64,000 bases of DNA from Vicinamibacterales bacterium (GTDB lineage: Bacteria; Acidobacteriota; Vicinamibacteria; Vicinamibacterales; UBA8438), in the NCBI GenBank assembly GCA_965202655.1, contig CBDBBK010000002.1, positions 658,528 to 722,527 on the forward strand, written 5' to 3'. The position numbers were made by a program, and so were the translations under genes. This document shows positions 45,873-56,051 of this stretch, piece by piece (within the stretch, counting starts at the first letter, position 1; every line of letters starts with the position of its first letter). The notes under the pieces were generated by a model, which was not told the DNA's origin, made no database searches, and was given only the letters and a program-made list of their open reading frames with translations.

Positions 45873-47033
45873 ATGGCGAGGGCGCGAGTCTGGTCGTTGG
45901 GCGGACCGGCGGCGGTTGTCTCGCTGCTGCTGGCCTGTGCGGGTCCTGATCCGGAGTCCCCGCCGCCGCCGGAGCCGGCCGGCGGGGAGTCGCCGTCGGC
46001 TGCGTCGGCGGTGGGAGAAGCGCTTTACTTTCCGCCGGCGGAAGGGCCCTGGGGGACAGTCGATCCGGCGGCCGCCGGCTGGGACGCCGAACGGCTCGAC
46101 GCGGCGCTGGCCCTCGCCGGGGAACGGGATTCGACCAGCGTCGTCATCCTCCACCGCGGGCGGATTCTGGCCGAACGCCACCGGACGCTGGAATCCCCGT
46201 CGCGCAGCCACGCGAACGGGAGCTACGGCCCGAACGCGCTCGGTCATGCGATCGAAGATGTCGCCTCGGTGCAGAAAAGCGTCGTTGCCGTCCTGGTTGG
46301 CATGGCGCAGGAGCGGGGGCTGCTGACGCTCGACGATCCGGTCACCGATCACCTGGGTCGCTGGACCGAGGCATTGGCGGAACAGGAACGCGCGGTGACC
46401 ATTCGCCATCTGATGGCGATGACGACCGGCCTCACGCCCGCGCTGGAGTACGACGCCCCGCCGGGCTCGACGTGGCTCTACAACACGCCGGCCTATCACC
46501 ATCTGCTACGCATCGTTGCCGACATCGCCGGCCTGGACCGCAACGAGGTCACCCGGGCGTGGCTGACCGGGCGCCTCGGCATGCGGGACTCACGGTGGGA
46601 GCCACGTCCCTGGGTGGCCTCCGCTATCGGGACGGGCTTTGCCACCACCGCGCGCGACCTGGCGCGCTTCGGCCTGTTCATCCTGGCCGGCGGCACGTGG
46701 GACGGCGACTTCGTCGTTCGGGACGCCGAGTACCTGAAGGAGATGCTGCGGCCATCGCAGACGCTGAACCCGTCGTACGGCCTGCTGTGGTGGGTCAACG
46801 GACAGGACTCTTCGCAGTCCTGGGCGATTCCCCCCGTCCCGACCGCGGGCACGCTGATCGCGGCCGCGCCGGCCGATCTGGTAGCGGCCCAGGGCGCGCG
46901 CGATCGGAAGCTCTACGTCGTACCCGGTCTGGACCTTGTGGTCAGCCGCCTGGGCGACGCCGGCTCGCGCGACGGCTCCACATTCAACGACGCCTTCTGG
47001 GAGCGCCTGATCGAAGCCGCCCCCGATCCGTGA
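45873..47033 (+). CDS. serine hydrolase, beta-lactamase-related lipoprotein
   Basis: 386 aa. Lipobox LLLACAG, SxxK in ASVQKSV, and YNTPAY (YxN-like). Confidence 0.8.
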   Translation: MARARVWSLGGPAAVVSLLLACAGPDPESPPPPEPAGGESPSAASAVGEALYFPPAEGPWGTVDPAAAGWDAERLDAALALAGERDSTSVVILHRGRILAERHRTLESPSRSHANGSYGPNALGHAIEDVASVQKSVVAVLVGMAQERGLLTLDDPVTDHLGRWTEALAEQERAVTIRHLMAMTTGLTPALEYDAPPGSTWLYNTPAYHHLLRIVADIAGLDRNEVTRAWLTGRLGMRDSRWEPRPWVASAIGTGFATTARDLARFGLFILAGGTWDGDFVVRDAEYLKEMLRPSQTLNPSYGLLWWVNGQDSSQSWAIPPVPTAGTLIAAAPADLVAAQGARDRKLYVVPGLDLVVSRLGDAGSRDGSTFNDAFWERLIEAAPDP

Positions 47034-47167
47034 CGGGCCTGTCGATTCTGCTGGCGGCCTACCTTTTTTTCTTGCGCGGGCAGGCTGCCTCGGCGGGGCG
47101 AGTACCGGTAAAATCAAGAGGTTAGGTGTCACTTAGAAGGATTCATTCGTCTGGAGGAGTGCAAGAG

Positions 47168-47542
47168 ATGAAACGCTGCTTTTTTCTGGCCGTGCTGCTT
47201 GCCGCCGGCATCTTTCTCGTTCAGGGTTCGGTGGAGGCGTCCGGTTCCATCGGCGCCGGCGCCGGCAAGGTGAGCCCGCGCGCCGCCTATTCGCAGGGCA
47301 AGGCCCTCACGTTCGACCTTCTCGTTTGCGATTCCTGTCCGGTCCAGAGAGACGAACTCGACCGTGATCGGGCGGTGAGCCTGACCGCCAGCCTCGTGGC
47401 GGTCTTCGACGGCAACGAAACCGGGTCGCCCGACGACGAAGCCGTGACGGCGGTGTGCGGCGGCGGGGCCGTGCAGGGCGAGGAGTGCAATCTCCGGATG
47501 GAGCTCGTGCACTACTTCCTGAGCCGCCGCTACAAGCTGTAG
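47168..47542 (+). CDS. small secreted Cys-containing protein (unknown function)
   Basis: 124 aa from MKRCFFLAVLLAAGIFLVQGSVEA (a signal peptide). Contains CDSCP in a context reminiscent of a cytochrome c CxxCH site, but with Pro instead of His. GGAGGAG Shine-Dalgarno-like sequence upstream. Confidence 0.55.
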   Translation: MKRCFFLAVLLAAGIFLVQGSVEASGSIGAGAGKVSPRAAYSQGKALTFDLLVCDSCPVQRDELDRDRAVSLTASLVAVFDGNETGSPDDEAVTAVCGGGAVQGEECNLRMELVHYFLSRRYKL

Positions 47543-47602
47543 CGCGGGCCGTCCGGGACCGCTACGTTGTCCGATAACCAGTTCGAGGGAGAAATGCACC
47601 CA

Positions 47603-48550
47603 ATGTCGAAGTACCTGCGATTCCTGTCCATCGTTTCCGCCACTACGGCGTTTATCGCCCTTCTGCTCGTTCCCCCGGCGTTCGCACAGGGAACGCCATG
47701 GCTCGCGGAGCCCGGAACCGGCACTTTCAGCATCACGTACGTCAACCAGAACGCCAAGGAGTTCTTTCGCGAGACCACGAAGGTCAAGGGGCCGCTCGAG
47801 GCGACCAACGCGAATCTGGCCCAGAACACGGTGTGGTTCGGCGTCAACTACGCGTTCACGGACGCCGTGGCCATCGATGTGCAGTCGGCGTTCGCGCGGA
47901 GTTTCGTGGCCGGCGGGGTCGGTCCGTCGGGCGGGCAGGAGAGCTACAGCGGCCTGTACGATTCCAACATCGCCATTACGTGGCGGGTCGTCGACGAGCT
48001 GATCAGCGACGCGCCGAGCGTCGCGCTGCGTATCGGGGCGATTGCCGCGGGCCCCTACGACACCGGCTACATCAATTCGATAGGTGACGGCGGCCACGGC
48101 CTCGAGACGTCGCTCATCATCGGCAGATTCGCCGACGCGGCGGGCTTCTCGGCGGAAATCGGCTACCGGGCCCGGGCAAGCACCGAGGTCAACCCCGGCG
48201 CGGTCGGAGCTTCCGGGGCGAGCGAGACGGTCGACATCCCGTCCGAGGCGTTCCTCAACGTGGGTGTCTTCATCCCGGTGAGTGGCTCGGTCACTCTCGG
48301 CGCCGACTACCAGATGGTCAACGCGCTGTCGGGGATCGACATCGGCGGCCCCGGCTTTTCACCGAGCCGCTTCCCCGGGCTGGAGGAAGATCGACATCTC
48401 GTGGCGGGGCGGCTGCTCGCCAACGTCACGGACACGGTCAGCCTCAACGCGTTCTTCGGTCAGATGGTGGCCGGCCGTAACACGGCGGCTTCCCGGATCG
48501 TCGGTTTCGGTCTCGGCTTCGGCTTCGGCGGCGGCGGCCTGGGATTCTAG
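47603..48550 (+). CDS. outer-membrane beta-barrel protein (unknown family)
   Basis: Signal peptide ending PPAFAQG, alternating amphipathic strands, and a Gly-rich C-terminus ending in Phe (GFGFGGGGLGF). The start could be 47567, 47594 or 47603. Confidence 0.65.
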   Translation: MSKYLRFLSIVSATTAFIALLLVPPAFAQGTPWLAEPGTGTFSITYVNQNAKEFFRETTKVKGPLEATNANLAQNTVWFGVNYAFTDAVAIDVQSAFARSFVAGGVGPSGGQESYSGLYDSNIAITWRVVDELISDAPSVALRIGAIAAGPYDTGYINSIGDGGHGLETSLIIGRFADAAGFSAEIGYRARASTEVNPGAVGASGASETVDIPSEAFLNVGVFIPVSGSVTLGADYQMVNALSGIDIGGPGFSPSRFPGLEEDRHLVAGRLLANVTDTVSLNAFFGQMVAGRNTAASRIVGFGLGFGFGGGGLGF

Positions 48551-48569
48551 GAGTCCGCATCCCGGCGCC

Positions 48570-50213
48570 TTAGAAGCGCGACGCCGGAATCCAGGTGTCG
48601 GAGCGCGCCCAGCTCTCCGTGAACTCCGCCTCGACGTCCGTGGCGGGCTTCCCCTGCTTCTCGAGGGCCGTCAGCAGGCCGAACAGCGACCACCCGTTGT
48701 TCGGATGGTCCTCGAGTTCATCCCGGTAGACCTGCTCGGCGTCCGCATACCGCTCCGCCTCGATCAGGGCCGCGCCGAGCCAGTGGCGCGCGGCGAACGG
48801 CAGCGGCTCCGGCTCCGAGTATTCGAGTTGGTCTTCCACCGCGACTGCCCGCTGGAAGGTGTCGATCGCCGCTTGGAGATCGCCTTCCGCGCGCTGCAGC
48901 TCGCCCTCCAGGATGCCTCCTACCGTCTGGAGCAGTAGCCGCACCTCATCGAAGCGGAATCGCGCGGTGGTCTTCTCGGCGAGCGCCAGAACCCGATCCA
49001 GATAGACGCGCGCGAAGTCCGACTCGCCGTTCCGCAGGTGGGCGTAGCCCTGGGCAAAGTCCCAGAGGCCGGCCGAGCCTTCCTGCTCGGGCCGCTCGGT
49101 AACCTCGAGCACCTCGTCGAACCGGCCGAAGCGGAGCAGCGTCAGCACCTCGTAGACGGTGTCGTCGGTCAGCTTCGTGTAGTCCTTTCCGGCCTGCGCC
49201 GCGATGGCCCCCTGTCCGTCCATCGAGGCCGCAAAGAGCAGCATGTGGAGGTTGTGGCTCGGGTAGATCGCAATACCCTCGTTGCGCTCCGCCTTCAGGT
49301 CGGAATGCCAGGCGTCGAGGTTGGAGCGCACGCCGTCGGCCCACCGGCCGATCTCGTTCCAGGTGTGCGACGGCATGTGGTTGATGTGGCTGGCCCCCGG
49401 AACTCCGTCGCCGAGATGCTCCGCGCAGCCGGCTGCGAGGCCGGGATTAACGGTCGACTCGGTGGCGTGGATATAGAGGTGGCAGGCGCCGGGATGGCGG
49501 ATGTCGCGGTCGAGCACACTCGTGAGCACCCCGTGCAGCCGCTGCACGTTGGGATCGTTGAGGTCACGCAGCCCGCGGCGCGGCTCGAGCAGGAACAGCG
49601 CGTCCGCGTAGAGCGTCACCGCGTCCAGATCGTCCGGGTACTCCTCGGCCAGCCCGCGCATGGCCTCGGCATACGCTTCGTCCTGCTCGCGGCGCGTCTC
49701 CGGATCGAAATCCTCGACGTAGCGGTGCGTCATCGCCTTGATGTAAGCCCGCTCCTTCGGGCTCGCGCCGTCCATCCGCGCTACCGCCTCCTGCATCGCC
49801 GCGTAGGCATGCGGCGCCTCGAACGGCCGCATCGGGCCGTTCAGGTACGAGCCCCACGACCACGCCTCGCCCCAGTAGCAGATAGCGCACTCCGGATCGC
49901 GTTTCCACGCCTCGCGGAACGACCGGGTCGCTTCCTCCTTGGCGAAGGCGTACATCAGCGCGAAGCCCTGGTCGAAGTACGCCTGCGCCTCGGGGTTGGT
50001 GGTGGAGATCGGATGCGCGTGCGGGCCGCGGATCGAGACGTCATAGAGCGGCATCGGCTCGGCGAAGCTCTCCGGAAGCTCGCTCTCCGACGCCGTGTCA
50101 CCGCCGCCGTGGTCGTGCTGCGCCAGCGCCGGCGACGCCGCCAGCAGGATGATCCCGGCCAGCAGCGCCGTCCGCAGGCCGGCCAACTTCGTCGACATTC
50201 TCATCTTGTGCAT
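48570..50213 (-). CDS. exported TPR-like repeat protein
   Basis: 547 aa. Signal peptide (LLAASPALAQ) and helical-repeat composition. The opposite-strand ORF is Arg-rich shadow. Confidence 0.7.
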   Translation of the reverse strand: MHKMRMSTKLAGLRTALLAGIILLAASPALAQHDHGGGDTASESELPESFAEPMPLYDVSIRGPHAHPISTTNPEAQAYFDQGFALMYAFAKEEATRSFREAWKRDPECAICYWGEAWSWGSYLNGPMRPFEAPHAYAAMQEAVARMDGASPKERAYIKAMTHRYVEDFDPETRREQDEAYAEAMRGLAEEYPDDLDAVTLYADALFLLEPRRGLRDLNDPNVQRLHGVLTSVLDRDIRHPGACHLYIHATESTVNPGLAAGCAEHLGDGVPGASHINHMPSHTWNEIGRWADGVRSNLDAWHSDLKAERNEGIAIYPSHNLHMLLFAASMDGQGAIAAQAGKDYTKLTDDTVYEVLTLLRFGRFDEVLEVTERPEQEGSAGLWDFAQGYAHLRNGESDFARVYLDRVLALAEKTTARFRFDEVRLLLQTVGGILEGELQRAEGDLQAAIDTFQRAVAVEDQLEYSEPEPLPFAARHWLGAALIEAERYADAEQVYRDELEDHPNNGWSLFGLLTALEKQGKPATDVEAEFTESWARSDTWIPASRF

Positions 50214-50289
50214 CGCGCTATCGTCCCTTCCACGGTCCCCGCCATCGGGGTGGCCCTACATCATACGTAACTGGGGTATCCTCAGGACC

Positions 50290-51120
50290 GTGGCGCGTCG
50301 GGTTGTCCTGCTGGTCGTCGCCTTCCTGTTCACCGGCCTCCTCGCGGTCGGGTCGGCGCAGTGGGGCTGGGGCGTGGGCGAGGGGAACCTGCCCGCCCGC
50401 TTCCCGCCCGACTCGATGCCGGACCGGGGCTTCACCTTCTGCAAGTTGATGTACGACCAGGTGCGCTACGAGGCGCTCGGCATGGGCTGGTCGACCGATT
50501 ACCCGTTCGCCGGCATCAACCTGATGCACCGCCTCGAAGATCTCACGTCGACCGAGATCAGCACGGACAACCGCGGCGAACCGAACCACTGGGTCGTCCG
50601 GCTCACCGACCCCGAGTTGTTCAACTGCCCGTTCCTGATGGCCGCCGACGTCGGGACGATCGGCCTGAGCGGCGAGGAGGCGGCGGGCCTGCGGGACTAT
50701 CTGCTCAAGGGAGGCTTCCTCTGGGTGGACGACTTCTGGGGACCGCGCGCGTGGGACCATTGGGTGAGCGAGATCAGCCGCGTGCTCCCGCCGTCGCAGT
50801 ACCCGATCCGCGACGTTCCGATGGACCATCCGGTCTTCACGGCGCTGACGCACGTGGAGAAGGTGCCGCAGATCACCTCCATCCAGTTCTGGTACCGCTC
50901 CGGCGGGCGCACCACGTCCGAACGCGGCCGCGACAGCGACGTCGCCCACTTCCGCGCGATCACCGACCGGCACGACCGCTTTCTGGTCGTGATGACGCAC
51001 AACACCGACGTCGCGGACGCGTGGGAACGGGAGTCCGACGACCCGCGCTTCTTCGAACAGTTCTCGCCGGACGGCTACGGTCTCGGCATCAACGTCCTGC
51101 TCTATTCGATGAGCCACTAG
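50290..51120 (+). CDS. DUF4159 domain protein
   Basis: An N-terminal TM segment, then WSTDYPFAGINLMHRL...LTDPELFNCPFLMAADVGTIGLSGEEAAGLRDYLLKGGFLWVDDFWG, typical of DUF4159. The start is taken as the GTG at 50290, since the track start at 50095 overlaps the TPR gene. Confidence 0.7.
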   Translation: MARRVVLLVVAFLFTGLLAVGSAQWGWGVGEGNLPARFPPDSMPDRGFTFCKLMYDQVRYEALGMGWSTDYPFAGINLMHRLEDLTSTEISTDNRGEPNHWVVRLTDPELFNCPFLMAADVGTIGLSGEEAAGLRDYLLKGGFLWVDDFWGPRAWDHWVSEISRVLPPSQYPIRDVPMDHPVFTALTHVEKVPQITSIQFWYRSGGRTTSERGRDSDVAHFRAITDRHDRFLVVMTHNTDVADAWERESDDPRFFEQFSPDGYGLGINVLLYSMSH

Positions 51121-51152
51121 GCTGCTAGGGCGCACGCGGCGTCCAGGTTTCG

Positions 51153-52385
51153 ATGATTACGCCCTGCGGGCGACGCACGTTTCTCTCCACGCTTCCGGCG
51201 CTCGCCGGCGCCGCGACGGCCGCCGCCGCGCCGCGGAGACCCGCCGCGGCGGCGGCGCGCCTGCCCCTCGGCCAGGCGGAACTCGGTGTCCGGATCACCG
51301 GGATGGAGACCATCGTCGTTCGCGCGACGGGGCGGACCACCTGGATCTTCGTGCGCCTGTCGACCAATGACGGGATGACCGGTCTGGGCGAGGCGTCGAT
51401 GGGGCGCCGGACCGACATGCCCGAGCTGGAGCAGTTCTTCGACCTCGTGCGCGACCGGTCGCCGTTCGAGATCGAGCGCTACCGGCAGAACGGCCGGGCG
51501 ACGGCGGCGGGCGGCGACCGCGGGCTGGCCACCGCGTTCAGCGCCATCGAGCAGGCGCAATGGGACCTCGTCGGCAAGGCGCTCGGCGCGCCGGTGTACG
51601 ACCTGACCGGGGGCGCCCTCCGTCACGATCTGCCGGCCTACGCCAACATCAACCGCGCGACGTCGGACCGGACGCCGGAGGGATTCGCCGCGAACGCGCG
51701 TCAGGCCGCGGCGGACGGCTTCCGCGCGATCAAGGCGGCGCCGTTCGACGGTTTTCCGCCGCTCGATGGGCCGGCGGCCGACGTCGAGGCGGCGACGGAG
51801 CTCGGAATCGCCTGCATCGAAGCGATGCGCGAGGCGATCGGTCCGGACGTCGACCTGAAGATCGACGTCCACAGCTTCTTCGACGTGCCGCTGGCCATCG
51901 AGGTGGCGCGCCGGCTCGAGCCGCAGCAACTGTCGTGGTACGAGGAACCGGTGCCGCCGACCGACGTCGCGAGCACGAAGGCGATCAAGGAAGGCATCAG
52001 CCAGACGATGGCGGGTGGCGAGTTCCTCTTCGGCGTCGAAGGGTTCGAGCCGCTCTGCCGCGAGGGCGCCGTCGACATCATCATGCCGGATGTCAAGCAC
52101 TGCGGCGGACTCGCCGAGATGGCGAAGATCGCCACCGTGGCCGAACTGCACGGCGTGCTGGTCTCGCCGCACAACCCGAGCGGACCGGTCAGCACCATGG
52201 TGTCGGCGCACACCTGCGCCGGCATGTCGAACTTCGACATCCTGGAATACCAGTGGAACGAAGCCGACTGGCGCGGCGATCTGCTGGACCCGCCCGAGCG
52301 GTTCGAGGCGGGCATCCTGCGCGTGCCCGACGGTCCCGGCTTCGGAGTCACCCTGAACGACACGCTCGCCCGCGAGCATGCGTAG
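51153..52385 (+). CDS. mandelate racemase/muconate lactonizing enzyme family (enolase superfamily) protein with Tat-type signal peptide
   Basis: 410 aa. The N-terminus CGRRTFLSTLPALAGAATAAAA matches the twin-arginine motif. The canonical MR/MLE core starts at VRITGMETIVVRA, with metal-ligand regions (KIDVH, YEEP). Confidence 0.8.
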   Translation: MITPCGRRTFLSTLPALAGAATAAAAPRRPAAAAARLPLGQAELGVRITGMETIVVRATGRTTWIFVRLSTNDGMTGLGEASMGRRTDMPELEQFFDLVRDRSPFEIERYRQNGRATAAGGDRGLATAFSAIEQAQWDLVGKALGAPVYDLTGGALRHDLPAYANINRATSDRTPEGFAANARQAAADGFRAIKAAPFDGFPPLDGPAADVEAATELGIACIEAMREAIGPDVDLKIDVHSFFDVPLAIEVARRLEPQQLSWYEEPVPPTDVASTKAIKEGISQTMAGGEFLFGVEGFEPLCREGAVDIIMPDVKHCGGLAEMAKIATVAELHGVLVSPHNPSGPVSTMVSAHTCAGMSNFDILEYQWNEADWRGDLLDPPERFEAGILRVPDGPGFGVTLNDTLAREHA

Positions 52386-53759
<1,374 letters not shown>

Positions 53760-53769
53760 CGGACCGCCG

Positions 53770-54810
53770 TCAGCGGGCGGCGGCCCCGTCCGACCGGCGG
53801 TAGCGCTCCCGCAGCGGCGGCATGTAGGTCGGCGGCGCGTGGTGGAAGTAGCCCTCGAGAAACTCCACGCGGCTGTCGAGCGTGGCGGCCCCGATGGCGT
53901 TCACGGCGTCCCGCCACGCCCGCCAGTCGGGGCCGTTGCCCCCCATCAGCACCGCCCGGCCCGGTTGCAGGGCGCGGTAGTGGTCGTGGCCGGCATAGCG
54001 GGTCATCGTGATCATCTCGTCGTGGGCGTCGCTCGGCTCGGTGCGGCTTGCGGCGCCGTCCGGATGTATCACCCGCCACTGTCCCATCGGGCGGGCGCCC
54101 AGCTTCTCCTCGAAGGGCCAGACCGCGGTCACCGTGCCGTCGAGCAGGCCGCCGAATGACCCCTCGCGGATCCGGCGGTAGGTCAGGACGACCAGCTCCC
54201 GGCCCGCGCCCTGATCGGCGTCGCGGCGGACGGCGATGAGTTCGTCTCCGGGATCGGGCGCCGCGCCGGTATCGATGCGTTCATACTGCTCGCCGACTAC
54301 GCCGGGCAGGTACCGCGGCGGCGTCGTGGCGGTCAGGCCCTGCAGGAAATAGCCGCCTTCCGATCCGCGCGCGAACGTCTGCCGGATCCGGAGCGCCTCG
54401 TCGCTCCGCAGGCGGTTCGGGCCATTGCCCCCCAGCGCGCTGGAGGCCGGACCGCGGGTCTGCCGCCAGTGCTCGAAGCTCGCGTAGCGGGCCAGGCGGT
54501 ATCCCTCGTCGAACTCCGGGTGGCCGGCGCTGCCGTCCGGATGGACCACCTGCCACTGTCCCACGATGCGGGCGCCGATCTGCTCGAACCAGGGCCACAC
54601 GCCGTAGGCGCTCGCCCGGTAGTACATCTCGTGCGTGCCGCGCGCCAGGTACTGGTGGCGCAGCATCAGCACTTCGTTTTCCGGCCCCAGCGGCCGGGCC
54701 ACGTCGTTGCGCGCCGGCGCCGGCGGCGGCGCGTCGTCAGTCTGCTGCGTGGCGGCCATCGAGCCGAGCACGGCCACGCAGACTATCGCGAGACAGAAAG
54801 ACCCCTTCAC
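53770..54810 (-). CDS. exported protein with an internal tandem duplication (NIPSNAP/Dabb-like repeats)
   Basis: 346 aa. Two repeats share VWP.FE..GAR..GQW.V.HPDG ... RYA...H.R ... GGNGP..R. Signal peptide present. Confidence 0.65.
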   Translation of the reverse strand: MKGSFCLAIVCVAVLGSMAATQQTDDAPPPAPARNDVARPLGPENEVLMLRHQYLARGTHEMYYRASAYGVWPWFEQIGARIVGQWQVVHPDGSAGHPEFDEGYRLARYASFEHWRQTRGPASSALGGNGPNRLRSDEALRIRQTFARGSEGGYFLQGLTATTPPRYLPGVVGEQYERIDTGAAPDPGDELIAVRRDADQGAGRELVVLTYRRIREGSFGGLLDGTVTAVWPFEEKLGARPMGQWRVIHPDGAASRTEPSDAHDEMITMTRYAGHDHYRALQPGRAVLMGGNGPDWRAWRDAVNAIGAATLDSRVEFLEGYFHHAPPTYMPPLRERYRRSDGAAAR

Positions 54811-54873
54811 GGTGTGCCCTCCGGCGCTCGGGGTGGTGGCGAAGAGACGGGGCTACTGGATGATCGAACGGGA

Positions 54874-55311
54874 CTACTTGATCATCGAGTAGTCGGTCGC
54901 TTCCAGCCAGAGCACGTCGACGTTCTGCACGATCCGGCCGTCACGCTGCGATTCCTCGGAAACCCGCGACCACTCGGGATCGGCCCGGAACGCATCCCAG
55001 CTCGCCTGCGCCGCGTCGCGGCTGTCGTGGGAAATGATGTAGACGAGCGTGTTGTCCGAGAGCGGCGCCTCCTGCGGCGTCCAGTAGCCGATGTTGGTCA
55101 TGCCGTGCTTCTCGAAGATCCGCGTCGTGTGGTTGCGGAACCGGGCGTTGAGGGCGTCGAGCCGTCCGGGATGCGCGGTGTAGGTGCGCATCTCGAAGAT
55201 CTTCTCTCCCTGCGCCGAGGCGACCGGCTCGAAGTCGGCGAACTGCCCGGCCGCGAAGCCGAGACCAAACACCAACAGGCCGAGGGCGACAAGCGTCTTG
55301 CGGGTCATCAT
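54874..55311 (-). CDS. NIPSNAP family protein, exported
   Basis: 145 aa from MMTRKTLVALGLLVFGLGFAAG. IFEMRTYTAHPGRLDALNARFRNHTTRIFEKHGMTNIGYW is typical of NIPSNAP. GAAGGAG Shine-Dalgarno. The track's longer N-terminal extension is rejected. Confidence 0.75.
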   Translation of the reverse strand: MMTRKTLVALGLLVFGLGFAAGQFADFEPVASAQGEKIFEMRTYTAHPGRLDALNARFRNHTTRIFEKHGMTNIGYWTPQEAPLSDNTLVYIISHDSRDAAQASWDAFRADPEWSRVSEESQRDGRIVQNVDVLWLEATDYSMIK

Positions 55312-55352
55312 CGTGGCAACTCCTTCTGGTGAACTGCTTCCGGCGGAAGGCG

Positions 55353-56039
55353 TCATTCTAGTCCGTCCGGTTCCTCCCCGGAAGCGTAACGCTGGACGAG
55401 ACGGGCGCGGTCGGCGTCCGTCAGTTGCATGTACTGCGGCCGGTCCTTCGCCAGCCCGCCGGTCTGGCAGGGCCCGCACATCAGGGTCGTCGGGTTCCGG
55501 TTGTGTCGCAAGCCGAGGGTGTGTCCGAGTTCGTGCGCGAGGATGTTGCGCGCGATGTTCGGATTGAAGGCCATCGCGGTGGCGTCCTGCTCGATCGCGA
55601 CGAAGTAGCGGCCCCGGTGGCGCGGCACGGGCCACGCGAACGACATCAGGTCCTGGCGCGACAGCAGCAGCACCGCCTGGGCGTCCAGATCGGTCACCTC
55701 GGCCGGCGCGTCCGGCTCGTTCGGCCCCCCGCGCAGCCGGCCCGCGCGCTGCGAAATGGACCGGGCGTAGTTCTCGAGGGGACGCATGATGGGCGTGCCG
55801 ATGCGGAGCTCCTCGGTCAGGCGCAGGGAAAGCCCGAGTTCCTCCGCCACCTCGTTCCAGAACCGGATCGCGTCGAGGGCCATCGGCAGCCGAACGTCGT
55901 TCGTGTCGTAGGCGAGGATGACGACCCGGTGCTCCAGCTTCCCGTTCGCCGCCGCGGCGGCCGCGGGCGGGTTGACGGACTCCGGTCCGACTGCGCAGAG
56001 CAGCGCAAGAACGAGCGCGGCGATGATCCTGGTGGGCAT
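55353..56039 (-). CDS. secreted metzincin-type zinc metalloprotease
   Basis: 228 aa. Signal peptide, HELGHTLGLRHN (HExxHxxGxxH), and a downstream Met (TLMCGPC) as a possible Met-turn. Confidence 0.75.
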   Translation of the reverse strand: MPTRIIAALVLALLCAVGPESVNPPAAAAAANGKLEHRVVILAYDTNDVRLPMALDAIRFWNEVAEELGLSLRLTEELRIGTPIMRPLENYARSISQRAGRLRGGPNEPDAPAEVTDLDAQAVLLLSRQDLMSFAWPVPRHRGRYFVAIEQDATAMAFNPNIARNILAHELGHTLGLRHNRNPTTLMCGPCQTGGLAKDRPQYMQLTDADRARLVQRYASGEEPDGLE

Positions 56040-56051
56040 CGGCGCGGTCTG

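Noticed and set aside
47040-47075. T7 tract after the serine hydrolase gene, considered as a possible intrinsic terminator.
   Set aside because: I found no convincing GC-rich stem immediately upstream. Only 4-bp GGCC self-pairs are present.
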